Shown piece by piece: positions 40,996-50,100 of a DNA stretch of 64,000 bases. The stretch is taken from assembly GCA_037131105.1 (NCBI GenBank), contig JBAXRQ010000001.1, positions 130,039-194,038 of the forward strand, written 5' to 3'. The notes beneath the pieces were generated by a model. It worked only from the letters and a program-made list of their open reading frames with translations. It made no database searches and was not told where the DNA came from. The number at the start of each line of letters is the position of its first letter. Position 1 is the first letter of the stretch. This stretch comes from a bacterium. GTDB lineage: Bacteria; Patescibacteriota; UBA1384; CAILIB01. The translations under genes and the position numbers were made by a program.

Positions 40996-41778
40996 TTATT
41001 TTGTCGCTGTATCCAGAACTAAGCCCGGGCTGATTGCGACGTGGTTTGGCGCTGCATTTCCTTTAACCGGATACCATGCCTGATTTCCCTGCGAGTCGCG
41101 GGCAGTAATGAAATAATCCAAGGTGGTCACACCGTGCAGTCCGGTGCTAGGTATATTCGCCAGATAGGTATTGGGATGCTTGGAGTCCGTTCCGTCACTT
41201 AGCTCAGCTGCCTGCCACGCGCCTGTAGGAGTGGTGCGGTAGTAGAAAGAGAGGATGGGAAAGGTAGAAGTCGCCACGTTATCAGTAGCGGTGAAAGAAA
41301 GCTTTATGGGCTCCACGGTATAGGTGCTGCCAAATCCGACAGTGATGGTCGGCGGCGTTTTGTCGGCAAGCTCTGGGTCTGACACCACCTTGTCGCCCTT
41401 GATCCAGTCAGTCAGTAAAAGATTCTGACCGGCTTGGATAGTGTGATAGCGTAGCTCACCGTCCTCATAGTAAACGTAGCCGTCATTTCCGAGAAAGCCG
41501 AGCTGGGCCGAATAGGGCTGGCGTATGTCATGAATAGTGAAAAGTCCGGAACTATCCGTCAGATACTGCGAGGTTGACCCTGGGGCAATGACGGTAAGGG
41601 TGCCAGTAAGGGGGTTGCCCTTGGTGTCAGTCACTTGCCCCATCATCTTGGTAGGGGGCAGCGTAATGACATCTATCGCCCTAGACCTGTTGTGGAGGTA
41701 GACCCCGAGTCCTCCTAAAAGGATGCCGACCAGTGCAGCCCCGACGATAAGGTTTGATCGTTTGAAAAGTCTGCTCAT
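40996..41778 (-). CDS. Membrane-anchored beta-sandwich (carboxypeptidase-regulatory-like plus Ig) protein
   Basis: N-terminal TM; G.VTD..GNPL, TD..G.F; DKTPPTI...ATDN...YFITARD..GN. Confidence 0.7.
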   Translation of the reverse strand: MSRLFKRSNLIVGAALVGILLGGLGVYLHNRSRAIDVITLPPTKMMGQVTDTKGNPLTGTLTVIAPGSTSQYLTDSSGLFTIHDIRQPYSAQLGFLGNDGYVYYEDGELRYHTIQAGQNLLLTDWIKGDKVVSDPELADKTPPTITVGFGSTYTVEPIKLSFTATDNVATSTFPILSFYYRTTPTGAWQAAELSDGTDSKHPNTYLANIPSTGLHGVTTLDYFITARDSQGNQAWYPVKGNAAPNHVAISPGLVLDTATK

Positions 41779-44700
41779 ATACAGGTGTTCGCGGGTAATC
41801 CGGCCAGGGTCAGGCGTCTGAATACCCGATCAGCTACTCCGCGCTTCTCCTCAAGAATAGCTTTCCCGTCTGCCTGGGAAGCGGGAAGCAGGTTCATCTT
41901 GGTAACGAAATCATGGCAGTAGCGGTCAGGGCGCTGGTTGTCGGCAAAGATGGTTGTGGCGAAGTCCTCTTCCTCGTTTTCCTCAGGGTGTCCGGCCCCA
42001 TTGTCATGCGAATAGGTAGAATCCATTTCTAGTGTGAAGATGTCGTTAGCATAGGAAAGAGCGCGGGTACGGCTATAGAGGCTTGGCCATGCGCTGACAT
42101 AGCTAGCAAGGTCGGGGCGCTCCCAGCCGCTTGAGACCAGGTATTCCAACTCGTGTCCTGACTCGTGGCGGACAGTGTTGCGGCCGGCAGATACTTCCTG
42201 GGTGACGCCCCCTTGCATTAGGGCGGCGTTCAGTAAGCCGCTCAGTATGGTTATCTCGTATGAATAATCTTGGCTGCCACCGGCTCTGTAGTAAGCATTG
42301 TTTACTATAGAAGACGAGATGAGTATCTTTTCAGTCAATTTCCTGTGACTTGGATTAGAGCTGCCGTCAACTCGGGTAGAGTCTCTTAAGAGGTCCATCT
42401 CATCTGCCATTCCCTGCCACACGGGGGTGTTGGCGGAATCGTCCGCCAGCGCGCCTGCAAGTGCTCCTTCAAAGCACAAGTCGACACTGCCTACGGCCTT
42501 TTCTCTCGTGCAGACCATGTCGATGCCGATACCCAAAAAGTAATAGTTGGTGCCGGGATTGATGACTGTCTTGGCGTGGCCGCTGCTAGTCCCAAAAATA
42601 TCGGTGATAGTAGTGGGCTGGAATTCACCGTGAAGAGGGGCCACAACTATGTCCCATACGGCGGCTGGGTCTAGCCAGAATTGTGCCGGAAAGGTGAACA
42701 TTGACGTGTTCTCTATCACGGTGTGAAAAGTTTGGGGAGACTGTCCGCCGGCTAGCCGCTTGATGGCGGTGACATCGGCAGGAATAAGGGGCAAGGCAAA
42801 GGCGGGACCGTCAACCACGATATGGGTCTGCTTCCCTTGCGGGACAACTATATGAAAGGGAGGGAAGACGTAGCTGGCAGTGGTAATGGCGTAGGTTCCA
42901 AAAGTAAATTCGCCAAAATCGGTTCTTACCGTGGCAGCGTAGCTGTCATTAAGTATGAGCCGGCTATCAAAGGTTCCATTGTAGGCGGTAGTGGTTATTT
43001 TCTCGCTCGTTCTTTGGTCGGTCAGGTCGACAGTAATGTATCCGAACTGGTTTTCTAGTAATATGTTTCCACTCATATCAGTAACTTTTCCGGTTGCCAG
43101 GGATCCTGGTATTACGGTGAAATTTTTGTTTATGAGGTTGGCATTGGAAACGGTGGCATCAATATTCCGGGGATTGTAATAGTTTGTGCTGGAAAAGAGC
43201 AGGGGCTCAACAACGTAGGCAGCGGGCGGTAAGCGGGGCGTAGTGTAGACCCCATTTGTATTCGTTTGAAAAAGGGAAGAGTTGTGTACGTATACAGACT
43301 CGTTCTGCGCAGCGATTCCAGCGGCAGAGGCAATACGTCCAGATATGGTGTATCCCTGGACAGTAAAGTTCTGGCCTCCCAAGTTGGCCCCGCTGAGGGT
43401 AATGGCTGCGCTTGCTGGTGAGACAGTAAGCTGTCCTACGTTGACTACGGTGACCGTGGTTACGGCTAGGGTATAACTACCATCCCTTACGTTTGGGATG
43501 GTGTAGTCTCCAGCTGCATTGGGATGTACCGAGGCGACCCCACCAGTGATGGTCACGGTGTCGGTGGGATCGCTGTTTGCTATGTGGCCGGAAATGGAGT
43601 GAACGGTGGAGGGGAGTGTGCCGGTAAAGTTAATGCCAGTCACATTGCGGGTTGTTACTAGTGTGATGGCGCTCGAGATCGGTGAGAAAGTAATTCCCGT
43701 TTTGGAGGGGGTCAGGACGTAGTTGTGGTTTGGGGTGAGCCCGATGGTCGTGTAGTTTCCTGCCGCATCCGTCGTGGCGGCTGGAGTGGGATTTTGGCTG
43801 ATATCCGAGATGTAAGTGAGGGTCACTCCGGCTACGGCGCTTCCGGTAGAGGTTTGAATATGCCCGGAAATCGTATAGGTCACCGGATTGGGAGTACAGG
43901 TGCCGTTGGCAAAGGTCTCAAGCGAGGATATCTGGTCGTTCATGTTCAGTCCGGTATCGAACTGGTCACTGGTTCCTGCGGTCGAGAGGTCCCAGTGGGT
44001 ACCTCCATTGCTCTGGCTGAGGCATTTCTTGCCTCTGGGCTGATTCAGATTTCGGTCAGCGTTTTCGTAGACCATGATCGATACTGCCGTAGTGCCAGGT
44101 ACGAATAGGGAGGAGGCGATGTCGTTGAAGCCTTGGTCGGGAAGGTAGCGGAGGTAGGTTCCCACCGGCACGCTGAGCTGGGTGCCTTGACAGTTCCGAT
44201 CAGAGAAAAGGATGAAAGCTCCTCCTGTCGCGCGGGAGCAGTCGGCTACCGGGGCTGGTACGGCCGGCAATGAGCCTAGGAAGTTCAGCCCGGTGACATT
44301 GGCGCCAATGACCGCGATATTGCTATAGCGCAAGGGGCCGAAGGTGTAGCCGACGGCCGACGGCGTGACAGTATAGGTGATGCCGTCCGGTAGGTCGGAA
44401 AAGGTGTAGACGCCTGACGCATTGGTGGTTACGGGACTGGTCACGGAGGAGGGCGCCCCACTCAGTACCACCGAGATTCCTGAAAGCGGCCCGGTTACGC
44501 TTCCTCCCGCCGTGTTTGAAATGGTGCCGGAAATGGTATGGGGGGAGTAGAGCTTAATGTTGACGTATTTGTCGCAGACCGAAGAGGCAGTGGCCGCTCC
44601 TCCGACGGGGACTATGCAGACCCAGACCTGGTACTCACCTGCGGCGAGGGCGCTGCCGTTTACTGAGGCGGTATTTAGGGAGCTGGTCAGGGTGGCGGCG

Positions 44701-45137
44701 GGGGTGTTAGCCGCAAGAACCTGGGTTATCCGGCTGGTAAGGATACCTGTTGTGTCTGCGGCCCCTGCCTTCTTATAATAAATGGCCAGGTCGTTCTTGG
44801 AGTAGCCGGCGCCATTCCCCTGGTTTCCCTGGCCGGTCAGACTGAGGGTTATCGTTGTCCCGAGTTTGTAGGAGACTGCAGGTGAATTCTGGACCTTTGC
44901 CGGTAGGTTGATATTAAGGAATGAGCCTTGTACGGATGACCCGGAGTCAGCCTTCGCGACCAACGGGGTGAGGGCGGCTGAGAGGCTGCTTTTCCAGATT
45001 GACCGTAGCTGGGTGGGAATGGGTGCGGCTACGCTGAAAACAGCTCCCACAAAAAATGCTGCGAGAATGCCGGCGGTAAAGGAGTGGCGTGGATGTCTGC
45101 TCATACCTCTAGTGTAGCACAGCGGCAGGGAAAACAT
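41775..45137 (-). CDS. Large surface protein with prealbumin-like repeats, a beta/gamma-crystallin domain and a C-terminal HExxH zinc-peptidase-like domain
   Basis: Repeated HTISG.I...TT.A.G.Y; LFSD.NC.G...FNDIASS / MNDQISS crystallin motifs; RHESGHELE...EEEDFA. Confidence 0.75.
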   Translation of the reverse strand: MFSLPLCYTRGMSRHPRHSFTAGILAAFFVGAVFSVAAPIPTQLRSIWKSSLSAALTPLVAKADSGSSVQGSFLNINLPAKVQNSPAVSYKLGTTITLSLTGQGNQGNGAGYSKNDLAIYYKKAGAADTTGILTSRITQVLAANTPAATLTSSLNTASVNGSALAAGEYQVWVCIVPVGGAATASSVCDKYVNIKLYSPHTISGTISNTAGGSVTGPLSGISVVLSGAPSSVTSPVTTNASGVYTFSDLPDGITYTVTPSAVGYTFGPLRYSNIAVIGANVTGLNFLGSLPAVPAPVADCSRATGGAFILFSDRNCQGTQLSVPVGTYLRYLPDQGFNDIASSLFVPGTTAVSIMVYENADRNLNQPRGKKCLSQSNGGTHWDLSTAGTSDQFDTGLNMNDQISSLETFANGTCTPNPVTYTISGHIQTSTGSAVAGVTLTYISDISQNPTPAATTDAAGNYTTIGLTPNHNYVLTPSKTGITFSPISSAITLVTTRNVTGINFTGTLPSTVHSISGHIANSDPTDTVTITGGVASVHPNAAGDYTIPNVRDGSYTLAVTTVTVVNVGQLTVSPASAAITLSGANLGGQNFTVQGYTISGRIASAAGIAAQNESVYVHNSSLFQTNTNGVYTTPRLPPAAYVVEPLLFSSTNYYNPRNIDATVSNANLINKNFTVIPGSLATGKVTDMSGNILLENQFGYITVDLTDQRTSEKITTTAYNGTFDSRLILNDSYAATVRTDFGEFTFGTYAITTASYVFPPFHIVVPQGKQTHIVVDGPAFALPLIPADVTAIKRLAGGQSPQTFHTVIENTSMFTFPAQFWLDPAAVWDIVVAPLHGEFQPTTITDIFGTSSGHAKTVINPGTNYYFLGIGIDMVCTREKAVGSVDLCFEGALAGALADDSANTPVWQGMADEMDLLRDSTRVDGSSNPSHRKLTEKILISSSIVNNAYYRAGGSQDYSYEITILSGLLNAALMQGGVTQEVSAGRNTVRHESGHELEYLVSSGWERPDLASYVSAWPSLYSRTRALSYANDIFTLEMDSTYSHDNGAGHPEENEEEDFATTIFADNQRPDRYCHDFVTKMNLLPASQADGKAILEEKRGVADRVFRRLTLAGLPANTCI

Positions 45138-45175
45138 AGGTGGAAAATCTCTTTATCGGAATCGGGCTGAGGCTC

Positions 45176-45508
45176 CCTTGAGTCGATCAGTAGGCTTGAA
45201 AAGTAGTTGCACCCCTAATCTACGCCTTGAGACGTACTCCGGAGGAGTACATAAAACTTCCCTGATTTGAACAGCGTTGATTGGAGCTGATACTGGTAGG
45301 CTGTTGCCTCTCCAATTCAGACCTTTTCAGACCTTGAGACATATCCCGAAGGGGTATGTCTATATAGTTTTCCATGAGTCGATCAGTCGCTTCTGCGACT
45401 GGTAAGCGTTGGCATTGCCAAAGCCTGCCTTGAGACGTACTCCGGAGGAGTACTGCTAGATAGGTTCCCTTGAGTCGATCAGCAGGCTTTGGCAATGCCA
45501 ACGCTTAC
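45176..45508. repeat. Cluster of REP-like elements with a perfect 27-bp inverted repeat
   Basis: CCTTGAGAC-hairpin cores near 45225, 45332 and 45428; TGAGTCGATCAG three times; inverted repeat 45402-45428 / 45482-45508. Confidence 0.85.
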
Positions 45509-46458
45509 TTCCCCCAATCCACCCCAACCGGCTTCCCATCATTAATATACGAGTACGCGGTAAGCGCTGCCTTGGCACCTTCACTGGCTGAGATCACCGC
45601 CTGCTTGAACTGCGTGTCAGTGATGTCTCCGGCGGCGAAGACTCCTGGATTTGAGGTCTCCTGGTTGTTGTTGGCGATGACCTGGTTCAGTCTGTCCAGC
45701 TCCACAAGGTCCTTGACCAGGGCACTGTTTACGATGAAGCCGATCTCTACGAAAATGCCGGCAAGCTCCAGCACACGGGACTCTTCGTTGATAATGTTCT
45801 TTACCTTGAGGCCGGTCACCACCTGGCCGTCACCCTGAACTTCTTCGGAAACAGAGGAAAGCACCTTCTCGATATTTGGCGTGGAATTGATCTGCTCAAG
45901 CAGCACGTCCTCACCGCGGAACTCATTGCGGCGGTGAACCAGGTAAACCTTCTCGCAGACTTTGGCCAGGATAAGGGCACCTTCCATGGCGGAGCTACCA
46001 CCGCCGACGACGGCTACGGTTCGGTTCTTGAAAAGGGGAGCGTCGCAGGTAACGCAGTAGGAGACGCCACGGCCAGCGTACTGGGTCTCGCCGGGGACAT
46101 CCAGGTTCCGCGGGGTCTTGCCGTAGGCCAGCAATATGGACTTGGCCCGGTATTCGTTCTGCATGGCGGTGACCACGAAGTCCTTCTCGCCCTTTTTCTC
46201 CAGCTTGGTCACCTCGTCATAGACCAGCTCAGCACCCCACTTTACTGCCTGTTCCATCATGCTTGATGCCAGGTCAGGGCCGGTAATGAAGTCGATGCCG
46301 GGGTAGTTCTCCACGCTGGGGGTAGTGGCAATCTGACCACCGATGTCCTTGGTGATGATAAGGGTCTTCATGGCCCGACGTCCCGCGTAGGTGCCAGCCG
46401 CTAAGCCAGCGCAGGCGCCGCCGATGATGATGAGGTCGTAGTATTCGTTGGATTCCAT
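45505..46458 (-). CDS. trxB: Thioredoxin reductase
   Basis: VENYPG, GRGVSYCVTCD, VGGG, FAAGD. Confidence 0.92.
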   Translation of the reverse strand: MESNEYYDLIIIGGACAGLAAGTYAGRRAMKTLIITKDIGGQIATTPSVENYPGIDFITGPDLASSMMEQAVKWGAELVYDEVTKLEKKGEKDFVVTAMQNEYRAKSILLAYGKTPRNLDVPGETQYAGRGVSYCVTCDAPLFKNRTVAVVGGGSSAMEGALILAKVCEKVYLVHRRNEFRGEDVLLEQINSTPNIEKVLSSVSEEVQGDGQVVTGLKVKNIINEESRVLELAGIFVEIGFIVNSALVKDLVELDRLNQVIANNNQETSNPGVFAAGDITDTQFKQAVISASEGAKAALTAYSYINDGKPVGVDWGK

Positions 46459-46536
46459 TCCCGAGTATTATTGATCGATTTCCAGTATATCCTATTGTAC
46501 TACTGGCTTAGCAACTACTATGTTCTTAGTTAGCCC

Positions 46537-46624
46537 CTTAGCGACGGGCTTTCTCATTCGTAGCCTCCGCAGGCGTTACTAATGCAGCCGAGGACAGATA
46601 CGAATGAGAAAGCCGGTTGCTAAG
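46537..46624. repeat. Long inverted repeat (24/26 match) at the ruvA 3' end
   Basis: CTTAGCGACGGGCTTTCTCATTCGTA ... TACGAATGAGAAAGCCGGTTGCTAAG. Confidence 0.8.
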
Positions 46625-47165
46625 ACTGTTGCAGCATCCATTTCAATTGAGCGTCTACTGTCGTCAGCTCGGCAGGCATCTTGGCGATTAATGGGCGCAC
46701 CTCATGAGGCTTGTAGCCCAGTCCGGTAAGTGCCGCCATTAGCTCACCTCCTTCATTGTCGTCTCCTAGCAGCTCATCCATATTGTCCATCTTCCCGTGC
46801 AGCTCCAGGATGATCTTCTGTGCGGCTTTCTGACCAATGCCGGGGGCGCTGGTTAGGAAGGTGACGTCCTTGTTAAGAATGGCCTGACCGAGGCGGTCGG
46901 CGCTTCCTAAAGAAAGCAGGGCAAGGGCTGCCTTAGGGCCGATGCCGGAAATCCCGATCAGACGCTCAAAGAATGCCAGCTCCTGCAGGCGTTCGAAGCC
47001 GTAGAGGTCTGAAGCGTCCTCCCGTACCACGTGGTGCAGGTAACAGGTGACTTCGCCGGTGGGGTGCCAAGTGCCGGTGTGCACCCAGTAGCCAATGCCA
47101 GAAACCTCAACCAAGATTCGTTGGTCAAGTCGGCCGGTTACAGTGCCGTGCAAGGATCCGTACAT
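46620..47165 (-). CDS. ruvA: Holliday junction branch migration protein RuvA
   Basis: VEVSGIGY, VRED...LYGF, ISGIGPK.AL, PGIG.K.A.KIILEL. Confidence 0.95.
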   Translation of the reverse strand: MYGSLHGTVTGRLDQRILVEVSGIGYWVHTGTWHPTGEVTCYLHHVVREDASDLYGFERLQELAFFERLIGISGIGPKAALALLSLGSADRLGQAILNKDVTFLTSAPGIGQKAAQKIILELHGKMDNMDELLGDDNEGGELMAALTGLGYKPHEVRPLIAKMPAELTTVDAQLKWMLQQS

Positions 47166-47166
47166 A

Positions 47167-47739
47167 TTAGGCGCTATACGCTACTTCTTCCAATAAGTTT
47201 CTCAGCACGGAAATCGGTATTCCTACTGCCGCTTCTACGTTACCCTCAAGAGGGTGTAAGTAAGGGGCAAGGCGGATATCCTGGACTCCGAAACCTCCGG
47301 CTCGTATCTGGTTCTTTGGCTCGGTAATCAGGGTCTCTACGAGGTCGCTCGGAAGCGGATCAAGTCGGAAACTGACCGTGTCGGTTCCTGATGCCCGCCT
47401 CTGACTGTTTAAATTTATAACCGCCACACTGGTGGTTATCGTGAACGGAACGGAGTGAACTGTCTGCAGCATCTCACGATGTTCCTTCTCATCAGCTGGC
47501 TTTTCCCAGATCTCTCCGTTAAAGAATACTACCGTATCAGCGCAGACAAGGGTGGCAGGCTCGGTTACTCTTTCGATGAGAGCATCTAGCTTGGCATTTG
47601 CTAACAGATGGGTCAGGTTCTCGGGATGCTCATGTCGAATGGCCTTCTCGTCAATGTCGGCCGAAAGTACCGTAAACTGATACCCGGCTTCCCGCAATGC
47701 CTTTTGACGGGCTGGTGAGGATGAGCCGAGTATCAGCAT
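47167..47739 (-). CDS. maf: Maf-family nucleotide pyrophosphatase
   Basis: LILGSSSP.R, IDEK, ADTVV....I.EKP; start MLILG at 47739. Confidence 0.9.
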   Translation of the reverse strand: MLILGSSSPARQKALREAGYQFTVLSADIDEKAIRHEHPENLTHLLANAKLDALIERVTEPATLVCADTVVFFNGEIWEKPADEKEHREMLQTVHSVPFTITTSVAVINLNSQRRASGTDTVSFRLDPLPSDLVETLITEPKNQIRAGGFGVQDIRLAPYLHPLEGNVEAAVGIPISVLRNLLEEVAYSA

Positions 47740-47743
47740 GGTC

Positions 47744-48925
<1,182 letters not shown>

Positions 48926-48937
48926 AGGGGATGCTAT

Positions 48938-49069
48938 TAAAAAAGCCAAGAACGGCTTTCGGACTGGGAGTAATGTGAGAGCGATGGTTCCACGGGTCCC
49001 TGTGTCAGCAAGCCGAGGCCGCCAGGACTACAGAAAGGACCATGGGCTATACAATATATGCCCGTGGAA
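48938..49069 (-). promoter_or_regulatory. Candidate structured leader or small RNA upstream of rpoD
   Basis: Extended -10 TGATATAGT upstream; long stem CCATGGTCC..CTGT.GTC/GAC.ACAG.GGACCCGTGG; terminator-like AAAGCC-GTTCTT-GGCTTTTTT. Confidence 0.4.
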
Positions 49070-49158
49070 GCTTACTATATCATAATCTGCTGCAAAGGGG
49101 AAAGACATGGGATCTGTTGAGAGATTGACACAGAGTAGATAGGGTTCTTAGTATTAGG

Positions 49159-50091
49159 GTGCCTACAATTAACGATGGCTTCATGGAAGAACAACAAAAG
49201 AAAGAGCCCGTAGCTCAGCCGGCATCTCCTGGCAAGCGCTGGCTGAACTTCTATCTCCTTGCCGCCGTAGTGGTCTTAGCGGCTGTCTTCTTTGCTTTTT
49301 ACCAGAATAGGAGCGGCGCTAGTTTCCTAGGTGGTGGCGGTGGACTGGTCTTTGGCACGCCAACTCCGACCCCTTCGCCAACCCACACGATTGCGCCGAC
49401 GGCCACTCCTATTGCTACGGCCACTCCCACTTCAAGCCCTACGCTGCCTACTATTCTGACCACTATAACCTGTAGTGGTAAGATCAGCTGTCTCACCCTG
49501 ACAGGAGCTACTACCGGCCCGACGGTATATCCTACTGTTACCACAGTGGCCTGCGGTCCTTTCGTGAAGTGCATCTATCCCACCGTTACTCCGACGCCGA
49601 CACCTACTCCTGCTGGCACTCCCGGTCCGATAACCATATCGTGCGGTCCTAAGGTGGCCTGTATTACCCTTACCGGAGCAGTGGGCCCGTCCATTGTGCC
49701 TACTGCTGATACGGTGATCTGCGGACCACGCATACAGTGTGTGACTCCTACCGCAGCTATTACTTCTGCTACGACCGTGAGTCCTGTAAGCATTGTCTGC
49801 GACAGATTCATAACCTGTATTACGCCAGGGACTGGGGGAACTGTGGTGATATCGCCTACCACCGTACTCTGCGGACTGTTTGTTGCCTGCACCTTCCCAA
49901 CGGTTGCTCCTACGCCTACTCCGGTGGTAACTCCGACGCCAGGTACGACCATTCTGTGTGATATCCGAATACTGTGCGTGACACCTACGATTACCACTGG
50001 TACGCCTACGGTACTTGGTCCTAACACGATCTTCTGCGGTGCCTTGGTACCTTGCGTAAATGCTACACCGACCCCTACCCCAAAGTCTTAG
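49159..50091 (+). CDS. Single-pass membrane protein with Thr/Pro linkers and eight Cx5C repeats
   Basis: N-terminal TM; repeats such as VACGPFVKCI and ISCGPKVACI; TTGACA-18nt-TAGTAT promoter upstream. Confidence 0.8.
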   Translation: MPTINDGFMEEQQKKEPVAQPASPGKRWLNFYLLAAVVVLAAVFFAFYQNRSGASFLGGGGGLVFGTPTPTPSPTHTIAPTATPIATATPTSSPTLPTILTTITCSGKISCLTLTGATTGPTVYPTVTTVACGPFVKCIYPTVTPTPTPTPAGTPGPITISCGPKVACITLTGAVGPSIVPTADTVICGPRIQCVTPTAAITSATTVSPVSIVCDRFITCITPGTGGTVVISPTTVLCGLFVACTFPTVAPTPTPVVTPTPGTTILCDIRILCVTPTITTGTPTVLGPNTIFCGALVPCVNATPTPTPKS

Positions 50092-50100
50092 GGGTCGGCC

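Noticed and set aside
45176-45508. Possible CRISPR array
   Set aside because: Repeats are irregular in length and spacing, the intervening sequences are not uniform spacers, and there are no cas genes in the window.
48960-49069. SRP RNA, 6S RNA or a known riboswitch
   Set aside because: No SRP helix-8 GGAA/AGCAG motif, short for 6S, and no recognisable aptamer consensus; kept only as an unknown structured leader.
49299-50027. Val/Gly-rich minus-strand ORFs
   Set aside because: Antisense of the Thr/Pro-rich gene, which has the TM segment, promoter and repeat structure.
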